This document shows, piece by piece, positions 1 to 10,236 of a stretch of DNA of 64,000 nt. Position numbers and translations under genes: made by a program. The notes under the pieces were generated by a model. It ran no database searches. It was given only the letters and a program-made list of their open reading frames with translations, and had not been told where the DNA came from. The DNA comes from an uncultured Gammaproteobacteria bacterium (GTDB lineage: Bacteria; Patescibacteriota; Patescibacteriia; UBA11705; JABHMO01): NCBI GenBank assembly GCA_964590105.1, contig CAZPYM010000003.1, positions 72,179 to 136,178 on the forward strand, given 5' to 3'. Each line of letters starts with the position of its first letter. Position 1 is the stretch's first letter.

Positions 1-246
1 GCGGAGGGCGGCCAGTTGATTTTCGTCCAGATCGGTTGTGTTTTTGTCTTTGAAAAAATATTCGCCCTTGGTTGGTTTATCAAGAAATCCAATGATGTGC
101 ATCAAGGTTGATTTGCCCGATCCCGACGGCCCCATGATGGCCACAAAGTCGCCTTGCTCTATTTCAAAAGTAGCTTCTTTCAGTGCGACTGTTTTTACTT
201 CTTCATTTTCGTATGCTTTGTTTAGATTGCTGGCTTTGATTAACAT
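1..246 (-). CDS. ABC transporter ATP-binding protein, MacB/LolD family (runs off window edge)
   Basis: Not in ORF track. Manual translation MLIKASNLNKAYENEEVKTVALKEATFEIEQGDFVAIMGPSGSGKSTLMHIIGFLDKPT contains Walker A; follows the adaptor gene. Confidence 0.92.
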   Translation of the reverse strand, partial: MLIKASNLNKAYENEEVKTVALKEATFEIEQGDFVAIMGPSGSGKSTLMHIIGFLDKPTKGEYFFKDKNTTDLDENQLAALR

Positions 247-321
247 AGTCACGAATTAACGCAAAAAACAAATTTACAAATTTTTACAAATATTACTAAT
301 AATTTTGATAACTAATACAAA

Positions 322-2082
322 TTAATCCCCGTTTTTAATGCTGATAACAATTTTGTCGCCCTCATTCACACCGGAAAGGATTTCAATGTTACCATTTGAG
401 CCGCGTAGTCCGGTTTTAACTTCAGTTTCCTTGAAATCAATTCCGTCAGCATTCAGAATTCGTACAATTTTTTTATTGTCTTTTTTTAATATCGCCCGTT
501 GAGGAACGCTAATGACATTGTCTTTTTTGTTTGTGAGAATATCCAGGTCAGCGGTCATGCCCGGTTTAATGAGTTCGTTTTCTTCTGAAAATTCAAAAGT
601 TACTTTGTAGGTGGGTACATTATCAATTATAGTTTCAGCCGGGTCAATCAAGATTACTTTGACTCCGAATTCGGTGTCGCTTGAATAAGCGTCAAGAGTA
701 ACTTTGGCCGGGTCATTAATTTTTATATCGGCAATATCAACTTCCGGCACATTGGCTTCAATTTGATATTTGGCTTCAGAAATAATTTTTATAATGTTTG
801 AATTTGCCGCCACGATCTCGCCCAGTTTAGTGTCTACGAGAGTGACAATGCCGACAATTGGCGAATGAATCGTGGTTTTGCTGATTTGCGCCTGATAATT
901 TTGCACATTGGCTTCGGCATATTTAATCTGCGCTTCCTGCGAGGCCGCGTTTGCCTCGGCTTGTTTTACTTTTGCTTCTTGCGCAGCGAGCTGTTCGGCC
1001 GTGTAGCCGGATTTGGTTATTTGGAGTTCGTCTTTTGTCGTGGCCAAAGTATTTTGTGCCGTAGTAATGCTAGCCCCGGCCGTAAAGATGGCGCTTTCAT
1101 TGGTGGCCTTTTGAACGGCCAGCGCCTGCCCTTTGGCGGACAGGGCGGAAATTTCAGCATTAATATTTGTTTTTTCCGTATTAATACTCAGAATGTCAGC
1201 GCTGCTCATGGTGACGGATATCGGCAGATTGCCAAGTGATGTTTTGATTGTTTGCAAAGTTGATTTGACCGAAGCGAGCGTGGAGTCAATATTGGCGCGC
1301 GTCGGATCAGCTTTTGTGCTGTTGACTAGGCCTTTGGCGCCACCGGACAATTGCGATAAACTTGTCTTGGACCAGAAGCCGGCGCCGGATTGACCGAGCA
1401 GGCTCAAAACAATAGCTTCTTTTTCAGAGGCGAATTTTATTCCATTCTGATCAGTTGAATAAAAAGAAGTTGTTTGAATATTATTGAGAGTATTGAGAGT
1501 GTTTTCGGCAACATTAATGGAAGCAGCAAGAGCATTCAGCGTGCCGGCATAGTCCTCGTCAAGATCCGCTTCAGCCTTGGATTTAACGTTTAATAAATTG
1601 TTTTCCGCGTCAGTCAAGGATTTTTGCGCATTGCTGACAGCTGTTTCGGCCAGCTGGATTTCTTCTTGTTTGGCGCCGGCTTTGTATTCATCCATTTTTG
1701 CCTGTTCGCTATCGCGGGCGGCCTGGTATTGGAGGAGCAGAGCGCGGGCGCTGTCAACGCTGGCACCGGCTTGCTTTAATTGAGCCGCCAGATCAGCGTT
1801 GCTCTCGCTGGCCAGCAATTGACCAGCTTTAACTTTGTCTCCAACTTTTATTGGCAGGAAAGAAATCTTGCCTGATTTTTCAAAGGCGAGCGACACTTCT
1901 TCGGCCGGTTTGACTGTGCCGGTAACGCTGATTTCCTGAATCAGTTCTCCTTTTTCCGCGACAACAAGATCATATTCCGGCGAGGTGGGCTTTTTTGTAA
2001 AATAAATTCCGCCGGCAATGAGCGCGATGATTATGATTAAAATAATGTAAAAACTTTTTTTCTTGTAAAACATAAAATACAA
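322..2082 (-). CDS. Efflux periplasmic adaptor subunit (MacA/HlyD-like) with long coiled coil
   Basis: N-terminal TM, lipoyl half-motifs (VKVGDKVKAGQLL-like; IHSPIVGIV), IKPGMTA, VKTGLRG; start may be 2073. Confidence 0.88.
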   Translation of the reverse strand: MYFMFYKKKSFYIILIIIIALIAGGIYFTKKPTSPEYDLVVAEKGELIQEISVTGTVKPAEEVSLAFEKSGKISFLPIKVGDKVKAGQLLASESNADLAAQLKQAGASVDSARALLLQYQAARDSEQAKMDEYKAGAKQEEIQLAETAVSNAQKSLTDAENNLLNVKSKAEADLDEDYAGTLNALAASINVAENTLNTLNNIQTTSFYSTDQNGIKFASEKEAIVLSLLGQSGAGFWSKTSLSQLSGGAKGLVNSTKADPTRANIDSTLASVKSTLQTIKTSLGNLPISVTMSSADILSINTEKTNINAEISALSAKGQALAVQKATNESAIFTAGASITTAQNTLATTKDELQITKSGYTAEQLAAQEAKVKQAEANAASQEAQIKYAEANVQNYQAQISKTTIHSPIVGIVTLVDTKLGEIVAANSNIIKIISEAKYQIEANVPEVDIADIKINDPAKVTLDAYSSDTEFGVKVILIDPAETIIDNVPTYKVTFEFSEENELIKPGMTADLDILTNKKDNVISVPQRAILKKDNKKIVRILNADGIDFKETEVKTGLRGSNGNIEILSGVNEGDKIVISIKNGD

Positions 2083-2226
2083 TAATTATTGATTACGTGT
2101 TAATTATACTACAGTAGCTTGTTTTAACAAAATTATCAAGACTATGAACTATATACCTCACTACATTCCTTAAGTTCATGGCAAGTAAAAAAAACACAGC
2201 CGGTGAGGGCTGTGGTGGATTGTCAG

Positions 2227-2520
2227 TTATGCGGCGGCAGTAGTTTTATCTATGATGGTTTCTTCTCTTGTAAAAACATAAGAGGGGTTGAATTCATTGT
2301 GCTTGTAGACAAAGAATCTCGGCAGAGAGAATGAGTAATCGAAGTGCCGCAGATCCATTACGCAAGTGTTGCCTTCGTCAAGCCGCATCTGGATAGCGGA
2401 TATGTTTTTCTGAAGAGCCAGCGTAAGATGGACAACTTGGCTGGCAGTAATGGTAATTCCTTTCGCCGCAAGTGTTGCGGCAACGTGGGTCACATCATCA
2501 ATAATCGTCTGGTCTTCCAT
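2227..2520 (-). CDS. Hypothetical protein (97 aa orphan)
   Basis: AGGAGG SD, TTGACA at 2577-2582 (minus), downstream terminator at ~2187-2214. Confidence 0.7.
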   Translation of the reverse strand: MEDQTIIDDVTHVAATLAAKGITITASQVVHLTLALQKNISAIQMRLDEGNTCVMDLRHFDYSFSLPRFFVYKHNEFNPSYVFTREETIIDKTTAAA

Positions 2521-2623
2521 TGGGTCCTCCTGTTTTGTTCTTGTGTTACATTATATATTATCAATCTTTTATGTTTTGTCAATGGTGGTGATATTTTTTG
2601 TCTAATTTTGATGCATTCAAAAC

Positions 2624-2656
2624 AAAAAACACAGCTTCGGAAGCCGTGTTTTTTTA
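2624..2656. terminator. Intrinsic terminator of rpmB (bidirectional form)
   Basis: aaaaaacacagc-ttcggaa-gccgtgttttttt. Confidence 0.65.
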
Positions 2657-2666
2657 TTCTACTTTT

Positions 2667-2840
2667 TTATCGAACCTTGCTTAACGTCTTGATGCATTTT
2701 GTACACATAGTCATTCTTTTTCCGTCTACTTTTTTGCTTTGTAAATTCGGAAACTGGCGCCTTTTGGTGGCGACCTTTGAATGACTTCGTTGGTTGGCGG
2801 TGTTTGGACGCTTGCCGCATTTTTCGCAAATTTTTGCCAT
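2667..2840 (-). CDS. rpmB: 50S ribosomal protein L28 (Zn-ribbon form)
   Basis: Below the ORF-track cutoff. MAKICEKCGKRPNTANQRSHSKVATKRRQFPNLQSKKVDGKRMTMCTKCIKTLSKVR. Confidence 0.95.
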   Translation of the reverse strand: MAKICEKCGKRPNTANQRSHSKVATKRRQFPNLQSKKVDGKRMTMCTKCIKTLSKVR

Positions 2841-2978
2841 ATTGAGTTTACTTATTTGTTAACTGGATATATACTATCATATGTGATATAATTTGACAAG
2901 ATGCGTTAGTTGATTTGTTGATTCGTTAATTAGTTAATTGGTTGATTCGGACAAAAACTCATCTCTGTCAACAGAATT

Positions 2979-3647
2979 ATGATAATAATGAATTTAATTG
3001 ATCAGCCTCTGGTTTTGCTCGCCTGGGTCGCGGCCATAGTTTTTGTTTTGACTATCCATGAGTTTTCTCATGCGCTGGCCGCCACTGCACTCGGAGATCA
3101 GACAGCAAAAATGAATGGAAGATTAACGCTCAATCCATTATCTCATATTAGCTGGGTTGGTTTTGCCATGTTGCTTCTGGTCGGTTTTGGCTGGGGCAAG
3201 CCGGTGCCTTTCAACCCATACAATTTGAAATGGCCGAGATTTGGCCCGGCGGTAGTAGCCATAGCCGGCCCATTGTCAAATTTTATTTGCGCGGTGGTTT
3301 TCATTATCGCTTTCAAAATAATTTTTCCTGCCTTGCATCCGTTATTTCTAGCCTATGGTTATGAGGGTGGAAATTTAAATTTATTGGCAATTTTTCTGTC
3401 GCTGGCAATTTTTATCAACATTATTTTAATGTTATTCAATTTAATTCCTCTACCGCCGCTCGACGGTTCTAAGGTTTTATTTGCTTTTATTTCTGATGTT
3501 AAATATGCGGGCGTCAGGGAATCCTTGGAACATCAGGGACCATTAATATTAATGATGATAATAATCTTCGATAGCTTTTTAAACATCAATTTGCTTAGCC
3601 GTCTGCTTTACGGAGCAATAGACCTTGTTTATAAGTGGTTGCTCTAG
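2979..3647 (+). CDS. Site-2 protease, peptidase M50 family
   Basis: HEFSH, GRLTLNPL, AIAGPLSN and FNLIPLPPLDG motifs; multiple TM segments. Confidence 0.92.
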   Translation: MIIMNLIDQPLVLLAWVAAIVFVLTIHEFSHALAATALGDQTAKMNGRLTLNPLSHISWVGFAMLLLVGFGWGKPVPFNPYNLKWPRFGPAVVAIAGPLSNFICAVVFIIAFKIIFPALHPLFLAYGYEGGNLNLLAIFLSLAIFINIILMLFNLIPLPPLDGSKVLFAFISDVKYAGVRESLEHQGPLILMMIIIFDSFLNINLLSRLLYGAIDLVYKWLL

Positions 3648-3650
3648 CTC

Positions 3651-3679
3651 TTGACCTATGCAAATTTGTGTGATATCCT
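3651..3679 (+). promoter_or_regulatory. Sigma70-type promoter of str operon
   Basis: TTGACC-17 nt-TATCCT with TG extension. Confidence 0.6.
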
Positions 3680-3726
3680 AATATCGAATTAATATAGCTT
3701 AGCTAGGCTATTTTTTATTAATAATT

Positions 3727-4143
3727 ATGCCAACAATAAATCAATTAGTCCGACAGGGACGAAAAAGCGCGAAATCAAAGTCAAAAACACCGGCTTTGCA
3801 AACTGTTTTTAATACTTTAAAAAGACGACGCCGAACATTAAAAAAGGGAGCGTCTTTCAAACGTGGAGTGTGTCTGAAAGTGACTACTACGACTCCGAAA
3901 AAGCCGAACTCAGCCCTTCGAAAAATCGCTCGTGTGCGCTTGTCAAATGGCCAGGAGGTAACAACCTATATTCCTGGTGAGGGACACAATTTGCAGGAAC
4001 ACTCAATTGTCATGTTGCGCGGCGGCAGAGTAAAAGACTTGCCTGGTGTTCGTTACCATATTGTTCGTGGCGTGTATGATACGCAGGGAGTGGATGGCCG
4101 GAAGCAGTCTCGATCTTTGTACGGAGCAAAAAAAGCAAAATAA
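3727..4143 (+). CDS. rpsL: 30S ribosomal protein S12
   Basis: [34 protein letters not shown]. Confidence 0.99.
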   Translation: MPTINQLVRQGRKSAKSKSKTPALQTVFNTLKRRRRTLKKGASFKRGVCLKVTTTTPKKPNSALRKIARVRLSNGQEVTTYIPGEGHNLQEHSIVMLRGGRVKDLPGVRYHIVRGVYDTQGVDGRKQSRSLYGAKKAK

Positions 4144-4149
4144 AATTGC

Positions 4150-4251
4150 TGATAATTGGTTTAATAGTTGATATCGGTGATTTTTTGTTCAAATCAAATT
4201 TAAATCAACCAATTAACCAATTAACTAATTAACTAATTAACCAATCAACTA
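4150..4251. repeat. Degenerate octamer array (AATTAACC/AATTAACT) with partial inverted arm
   Basis: aatcaacc aattaacc aattaact aattaact aattaacc aatcaact; related copies at ~2905-2950, 36533-36567, 63781-63820. Confidence 0.75.
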
Positions 4252-4343
4252 AGTTGGGAGTAATGCGGTATAAAAGGTTTTCGTTATCGCGGGAAGAAAC
4301 CCGGGTCGTGAGCATATTATTTCGCGTGAATCTACACCAACTT
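4251..4343 (+). promoter_or_regulatory. Candidate structured RNA element upstream of rpsG
   Basis: Closing stem AAGTTGG/CCAACTT enclosing GGTTTT/GAAACC and CGTGAG/TTCGCG hairpins. Confidence 0.5.
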
Positions 4344-4353
4344 CAATATTGTT

Positions 4354-4851
4354 ATGAGAGGGAAACAAGCGCCAAAAAGAAAGTTAAAGCCGGACATTCG
4401 CTATAATTCTACTCTGGTGGCTAAATTTATAAATTATCTAATGAATGATGGCGACAAGTCTATCGCTCAAAAGGTGATTTATAATTGTTTTGATGAAATC
4501 GAAAAAATGATTGCAACCGGCAAGATCAATAAAGAAGAGTATCCCAATGCACTCAGTGTTTTTGATCAAGCAGTAAAAAATGTTACCCCTCAAATGGAGG
4601 TTCGCGGCCGGAGAATCGGCGGCGGAAACTACCAAATACCGTATCCTGTGCGCGGAGAGCGCCGGGTTTTTTTGTCTTTGCATTGGTTGATTACAGCGGC
4701 TAAAAATAAAAAAGGCAAGCCTATGTCAGTAAAATTGACAAATGAATTGGTGGCTGCTTTGAATAATGAGGGCGATGCAGTAAAAAAGAAAATGGACGTT
4801 CACCGTATGGCAGATTCTAATAGAGCTTTTGCTCACTTTGCGCGTTATTAA
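4354..4851 (+). CDS. rpsG: 30S ribosomal protein S7
   Basis: EVRGRRIGGGNYQIP, HRMADSNRAFAHF; between rpsL and fusA. Confidence 0.99.
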   Translation: MRGKQAPKRKLKPDIRYNSTLVAKFINYLMNDGDKSIAQKVIYNCFDEIEKMIATGKINKEEYPNALSVFDQAVKNVTPQMEVRGRRIGGGNYQIPYPVRGERRVFLSLHWLITAAKNKKGKPMSVKLTNELVAALNNEGDAVKKKMDVHRMADSNRAFAHFARY

Positions 4852-4861
4852 AAATAAAAAT

Positions 4862-4972
4862 TGTACGAATATACGAATGTAATGCAATTGTTGCGAATAT
4901 GCGAATAAAACGAATTCATTAATCTGTAATTTGTGATTCGCGTCATTCGCACAAAGATTCGCGTCATTCGCA
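4862..4972. repeat. Inverted CGAAT/ATTCG repeat array
   Basis: Five CGAAT cores, then four ATTCG cores; gattcgcgtcattcgca duplicated at 4935 and 4956. Confidence 0.8.
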
Positions 4973-4983
4973 TCATAATTTAT

Positions 4984-7062
4984 ATGCCGAGAGAATATTC
5001 TTTAGAAAATACCAGAAATATAGGTATTATCGCTCACATTGATGCCGGTAAAACTACGGTTTCCGAGCGCATTTTATTTTACACTGGGAAAAAACATAAG
5101 ATAGGAGAAGTTCATGAAGGACAGGCGGAAATGGACTGGATGGAACAGGAAAAGGAAAGAGGCATCACTATTACTTCTGCCGCCACCACTTGTTTTTGGA
5201 ACGGCAAAAGAATTAATATTATCGACACTCCCGGCCACGTGGATTTTACCGCCGAAGTGGAACGATCTTTGCGTGTGCTTGATGGCGGCGTGATAGTTTT
5301 TGACGGCGTAGCCGGTGTGGAGCCGCAGTCTGAGACTGTATGGCATCAGGCCGTGAAATACAATGTTCCGCGCTTGGGATTTATTAATAAAATGGATCGC
5401 ATGGGCGCGGATTTTTATGCTGACATGGAATCTATTTATGAGAGATTGACCAAGGCCGCTCATCCTATTCAGTTGCCGATCGGCGCGGCTGAAACATTTA
5501 GAGGAATTATTGATTTATTTGAAAGGCGAGCTTACATTCATGAGGATGACCTCGGAATAAAAATTAATGAAATCGATGTTCCCGAAGACATGAAAGAAAA
5601 AACAGAAAAATACCGTGGAAAATTAGTCGAAGCTATAGTTGAAAACGATGAAGCTTTGATGGATAAATATTTAGCCGGAGAAGAAATCCCCGTCGCAGAC
5701 TTAAAAAGAGTTTTGCGCAAGGCGACAATAGAAAACAAAATTGTACCAATCTTAGTTGGCAGCGCTCTGAAGAACAAGGGAGTTCAGGCATTACTTGACG
5801 CGATTGTCGACTTTTTGCCCTCACCACTTGAAATTCCACCAATGCAGGGCACTGATCCAAACGATCCTGAAAAAGTCATTACTGTGAACGCCAGCGATGA
5901 AGAGCCTTTTGCCGGCTTGGCATTCAAGATTGCCACTGATCCATATGTTGGCAAGCTTTGTTTTGTGCGCGTTTACTCAGGAGCTTTAAGGTCAGGTTCA
6001 TATGTATTAAATACTTTCACTAATAATAAAGAGAGAATCGGACGTTTAGTGCGTATGCACGCCAATCATCGAGAGGAGGTTAGTGAAGCTTTTGCTGGTG
6101 AAATAGTCGCGGTTATTGGTTTGAAAAATACTTTTACAGGGCATACTCTTTGCGATGAGAGTCGACCGGTTATCCTGGAAAACATTGTATTTCCCGAGCC
6201 GGTTATTTCAGTTGCTATTGAACCGAAAACCAAGGCTGATCAGGAAAAAATGGGTATGGCTATGCAAAAATTGGCTGAAGAAGACCCGACCTTTAGAATT
6301 CGCACTGACGAAGAAACAATGCAAACAATTATTTCCGGCATGGGGGAACTTCATTTGGATATTTTGGTTGATCGAATGAAAAGAGAATTTGGTGTGGAAG
6401 CTAATATTGGTAAACCGCAAGTGGCTTATAAAGAAACAATTAAAAAGACTGCAGAAGCAGAGGGAAAATATGTTCGTCAGTCAGGTGGCCGCGGACAATA
6501 TGGTCATTGCTGGCTTAGAGTCTCTCCTCGAGAACGCGGAGAAGGATTTGAATTTTTGGATGAAGTCAAGGGGGGCGCAATCCCGCGAGAATTTATTCCG
6601 GCAATTCAAAAGGGAGTCAAAGAATCGTTAGACAAAGGAATTCTGGCGGGTTATCCGCTCATTGATGTTCAGGTCACTGTTTACGATGGTAGTTTCCATG
6701 ATGTTGACTCTTCTGAGGCGGCCTTTAAGATTGCCGGTTCTCTGGCTTTTCAGGAAGCCACAAAAAGAGCTTCCCTCGTTCTTTTGGAGCCGATTATGAA
6801 AGTGGAAGCTGTGGTGCCAGAAAAATTTTTGGGCGACGTGGTTGGTGATTTAAATTCAAAAAGAGCGCAAATAAATGAAATGAAAGATCGCGCAAATGCC
6901 AAGGTTGTTGAGGCTCAGGTGCCGCTGGCTGAAATGTTTGGTTATGCGACTTCACTCCGATCAATGACACAGGGGCGCGGCAGCTACTCAATGGAATTTC
7001 TAAAGTATTCTGAAGTCCCGGCCAATGTGGTTGAGGCAATCTTAGTCGCAAAGGGACGGTAA
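4984..7062 (+). CDS. fusA: Elongation factor G
   Basis: [23 protein letters not shown]; start set at MPREY because the ORF-track extension is repeat sequence. Confidence 0.99.
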   Translation: MPREYSLENTRNIGIIAHIDAGKTTVSERILFYTGKKHKIGEVHEGQAEMDWMEQEKERGITITSAATTCFWNGKRINIIDTPGHVDFTAEVERSLRVLDGGVIVFDGVAGVEPQSETVWHQAVKYNVPRLGFINKMDRMGADFYADMESIYERLTKAAHPIQLPIGAAETFRGIIDLFERRAYIHEDDLGIKINEIDVPEDMKEKTEKYRGKLVEAIVENDEALMDKYLAGEEIPVADLKRVLRKATIENKIVPILVGSALKNKGVQALLDAIVDFLPSPLEIPPMQGTDPNDPEKVITVNASDEEPFAGLAFKIATDPYVGKLCFVRVYSGALRSGSYVLNTFTNNKERIGRLVRMHANHREEVSEAFAGEIVAVIGLKNTFTGHTLCDESRPVILENIVFPEPVISVAIEPKTKADQEKMGMAMQKLAEEDPTFRIRTDEETMQTIISGMGELHLDILVDRMKREFGVEANIGKPQVAYKETIKKTAEAEGKYVRQSGGRGQYGHCWLRVSPRERGEGFEFLDEVKGGAIPREFIPAIQKGVKESLDKGILAGYPLIDVQVTVYDGSFHDVDSSEAAFKIAGSLAFQEATKRASLVLLEPIMKVEAVVPEKFLGDVVGDLNSKRAQINEMKDRANAKVVEAQVPLAEMFGYATSLRSMTQGRGSYSMEFLKYSEVPANVVEAILVAKGR

Positions 7063-7080
7063 GAAGCTGTCGTCAATTAT

Positions 7081-7383
7081 ATGCAAAATGCTTGGGACAA
7101 AATCTTAGATTTAATAAAAAGAACCGGTGACCGGTGTATCGTTATTAACGGAAAAGACGGGGATGCCTATGTGGTGATGGATTTGAGAAATTATGAGAAT
7201 TGCGTGCTACGCAAAAGTGAAGTGAGGGACTTGACAGAAGACGAATTATTAGATAGAATTAACCGTGATGTGTCTCTCTGGCAATCAGCACATTTTTCTT
7301 TGAGTAATGATGTTGAAACAGACGAAGAAAAAGATTTCAGGCGGGAAGAGGAAGATGAGTATTATATTGAGCCGGTTGATTAG
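7081..7383 (+). CDS. Hypothetical protein, possible Phd/YefM-like N-terminus with acidic tail
   Basis: Fills the fusA-tuf gap; CIVINGKDGDAYVVMDLRNYE pattern. Confidence 0.7.
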   Translation: MQNAWDKILDLIKRTGDRCIVINGKDGDAYVVMDLRNYENCVLRKSEVRDLTEDELLDRINRDVSLWQSAHFSLSNDVETDEEKDFRREEEDEYYIEPVD

Positions 7384-7416
7384 AGCAGGTGGTTCGTCGG
7401 GAAAAATTTAATAAAC

Positions 7417-7444
7417 TTGCAAGATAAATATTTTGTGCTATAAT
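7417..7444 (+). promoter_or_regulatory. Promoter of tuf
   Basis: TTGCAA-16 nt-TATAAT with TG extension; leader hairpin agcggc...gccgct follows. Confidence 0.65.
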
Positions 7445-7529
7445 AGTTGCACAAAAAATAATAATTAATTTCAGCGGCTGGATTGTAACCCTGATTAAAT
7501 TTAGGGGCCGCTTAAAGGAGAATAATACA

Positions 7530-8720
7530 ATGGCAGCAGTATTTGAACGAACAAAACCTCATGTAAACGTGGGGACAATTGGTCACGTTGACCATGGCAA
7601 GACAACTTTGACCGCCGCGATTTTGAAATATTTAATCGGCAAGGGCGGCAAAGCGCAGGATAAATCTGTTGATCAGATTGATTCAGCGCCGGAAGAAAAA
7701 GCGCGTGGTATTACAATCGCCACGGCTCATGTTGAGTATGAAACAGAAAAAAGGCACTATGCTCACGTTGATTGTCCCGGCCATGCTGATTATGTAAAAA
7801 ACATGATTACCGGAGCCGCTCAAATGGACGGCGCAGTTTTGGTTGTGGCCGCGACAGACGGTCCTATGCCTCAAACCAGAGAGCATATTTTATTGGCCAG
7901 ACAGGTGGGCGTTCCATCAATTGTTGTTTTCTTAAACAAAACCGATTTGGTTGAGGACAAAGAATTAATCGATTTAGTGGAAGAAGAAATCAGAGATTTA
8001 TTGAAAAAATATGAATACCCGGGTGACGAAACTCCAATTATTCGCGGATCAGCTTTGAAAGCTTTGGAAAATCCTGGCGACGCAGAAGCGACTAAGTGCA
8101 TTCAAGAGTTGCTTGATGCTCTCGATAGCTTTATTCCCGAACCAAAAAGAGATATTGACAAGCCTTTCTTAATGCCCGTTGAAGATGTTTTTTCAATTGA
8201 AGGTCGCGGAACAGTAGTGACCGGCAGAATTGAAAGGGGGATCATTAAAATCAATGAAGAAGTTGAAATCGTCGGTATTAAGCCAACAGTAAAAACTGTG
8301 GTTACCGGCGTGGAAATGTTCAATAAAACTTTGGACGAAGGACGAGCCGGAGACAATGCCGGACTATTGCTCCGTGGCACAAAGAAAGAAGATGTGGAGC
8401 GTGGGCAAGTGTTAGCCAAGCCGGGAACAGTAACTCCTCATGTTGAATTTGAAGCAAAAGTTTATATCCTAACCAAGGATGAAGGTGGCCGACACAAACC
8501 ATTTTTCAAAGGCTACAAACCGCAATTCTATATGCGTACCACTGATGTTACCGGTGAAGTTGAATTACCAGAAGGCACAGAAATGGTAATGCCTGGTGAT
8601 ACGGTTAATATCAATGTTAAACTTATCACCCCGGTTGCTTTGGAAGAACAACAGCGATTTGCTATCCGCGAGGGTGGTAGAACTATTGGTGCCGGTGCGG
8701 TTACCAAGATCACTAAATAA
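7530..8720 (+). CDS. tuf: Elongation factor Tu
   Basis: [39 protein letters not shown]. Confidence 0.99.
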   Translation: MAAVFERTKPHVNVGTIGHVDHGKTTLTAAILKYLIGKGGKAQDKSVDQIDSAPEEKARGITIATAHVEYETEKRHYAHVDCPGHADYVKNMITGAAQMDGAVLVVAATDGPMPQTREHILLARQVGVPSIVVFLNKTDLVEDKELIDLVEEEIRDLLKKYEYPGDETPIIRGSALKALENPGDAEATKCIQELLDALDSFIPEPKRDIDKPFLMPVEDVFSIEGRGTVVTGRIERGIIKINEEVEIVGIKPTVKTVVTGVEMFNKTLDEGRAGDNAGLLLRGTKKEDVERGQVLAKPGTVTPHVEFEAKVYILTKDEGGRHKPFFKGYKPQFYMRTTDVTGEVELPEGTEMVMPGDTVNINVKLITPVALEEQQRFAIREGGRTIGAGAVTKITK

Positions 8721-8742
8721 TCTAATCTAATGAAATGATCAG

Positions 8743-9102
8743 ATGGCAGACGAAAAATCAAACAATCCTCGCGTAAGTGAGGAAAAGAAAACGGAAAATA
8801 TTCAGCGCGTGCGTATCAAGATCAAGGCATACGATCACAAAATAATTGATCAATCCACCAAAACTATTATCGAAGCCGGCGAAAGGACGGGAGCTACTAT
8901 CAAGGGCCCGATTCCATTGCCTGTAGAGAAGAAAAAGTTTACGGTGAATAGTTCAACTTTTGTGCACAAGAACGCGAGAGATCAATACGAAATGCGAACA
9001 CACAAGCGGCTGATTGATATTTTGAATCCAGGACCCAAGACTATTGACGCGCTCATGAGTTTGAATTTGCCTGCCGGAGTTGATATTGAAATCAAGATGT
9101 AG
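8743..9102 (+). CDS. rpsJ: 30S ribosomal protein S10
   Basis: [27 protein letters not shown]. Confidence 0.98.
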   Translation: MADEKSNNPRVSEEKKTENIQRVRIKIKAYDHKIIDQSTKTIIEAGERTGATIKGPIPLPVEKKKFTVNSSTFVHKNARDQYEMRTHKRLIDILNPGPKTIDALMSLNLPAGVDIEIKM

Positions 9103-9129
9103 CCCTAAATTTAGCCAATAATTGTAGGG

Positions 9130-9158
9130 TTGACAGAACTTGAAAAATGTAATAGTAT
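9130..9158 (+). promoter_or_regulatory. Promoter between rpsJ and rplC
   Basis: TTGACA-17 nt-TAGTAT. Confidence 0.65.
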
Positions 9159-9173
9159 TTACATAGTAAATTA

Positions 9174-9374
9174 AGAGCATTTGAAATGGGGTTTAATAGG
9201 AGATTTCCGGTAACCGTAGCGCATTGCCACGAAGTGCCGGGCGCCAAATATTAAGCTAGAGAAGTTGTCTTATTGAAAAATCGTAAATAAAATTCGACTT
9301 AAGATAACCCGATCTATCAATTGTCCGGGCAGTTAAGTCCGGACTTTTGATTTAATCAGGCGAAACAATGCTCT
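9174..9374 (+). ncRNA. Candidate ~200-nt structured RNA (rplC leader or sRNA)
   Basis: Terminal stem AGAGCATT/AATGCTCT plus three internal hairpins; no ORF. Confidence 0.5.
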
Positions 9375-9439
9375 AAATCAATTTTGAAAAGAATAGAAGT
9401 TAATCCAGCCAGGCTAATGCCTCAACATTATAATCAGTT

Positions 9440-10225
9440 ATGAAATTCCTAATTGGGAAAAAACAAGAAATGAGCCAAAAGTTTTTGGAAGATGGCACTA
9501 TCGTACCAGTAACTCGGATTATTGCTGGTCCTTGTTATGTAACTCAAAAAAAGGAATATGACGGCGGGAGAGCCATTCAATTGGCCTGGGGAGAAATGAA
9601 AGACAGCAAATTAAATAATGCGCAAAAAGGTTTTTTTAGCAAGATATTCAACCGGGGCGGCGGATATCGCCATTTAAAAGAATTTCGGTTACCGGAAGGA
9701 GATGCCATGTATGACAAGCTAGAAGCTGGCCAAGAGCTCGGCGCTTCAATTTTTGAAGCTGGTGATGAAGTGGACATTCAGGGTATTTCCAAAGGCAAAG
9801 GCTTTCAGGGCGTTGTGCGCAGACACGGATTTAAAGGTGGCAAAAAAAGTCATGGACACAAAGATCAATTGCGCATGCCGGGTTCAATCGGCTGCAAAGG
9901 TCCGGCCAGGGTATTCAAGGGAACCAGGATGGGCGGTCAAATGGGAAATCAAACAGCGACTGTTCAGGGGCTGGAAGTGATTGAAATTAATGCTGAAAAT
10001 AATGAAATTCTTGTAAAGGGAGCAGTACCGGGCGCCCGCAATGGACTATTGTTTATCGTTGCTGACGGTGCTTTTGAACCAATCAAACCAGAAATTAAAA
10101 TAGTCGAGGAAGTGAAAATTGAAGCTGATAAAATTGATATAAAAGAAGAGGTGAAAGAGGTGAAAGAAGTGGGGCAAGAAAAAGCACCTGAAACCGTTGA
10201 ACAAGAAATTAAAACAGCCGAGTAA
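9440..10225 (+). CDS. rplC: 50S ribosomal protein L3 with acidic C-terminal extension
   Basis: SKGKGFQGVVRRHGF, RMPGSIG, VKGAVPG. Confidence 0.98.
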   Translation: MKFLIGKKQEMSQKFLEDGTIVPVTRIIAGPCYVTQKKEYDGGRAIQLAWGEMKDSKLNNAQKGFFSKIFNRGGGYRHLKEFRLPEGDAMYDKLEAGQELGASIFEAGDEVDIQGISKGKGFQGVVRRHGFKGGKKSHGHKDQLRMPGSIGCKGPARVFKGTRMGGQMGNQTATVQGLEVIEINAENNEILVKGAVPGARNGLLFIVADGAFEPIKPEIKIVEEVKIEADKIDIKEEVKEVKEVGQEKAPETVEQEIKTAE

Positions 10226-10236
10226 TGTTATCAGAT

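Noticed and set aside
2344-2784. 146-aa + strand ORF
   Set aside because: Antisense shadow of rpmB and the orphan gene
4933-4983. N-terminal extension of EF-G ([14 protein letters not shown])
   Set aside because: It is a translation of the ATTCG repeat arm; the conserved start is at 4984
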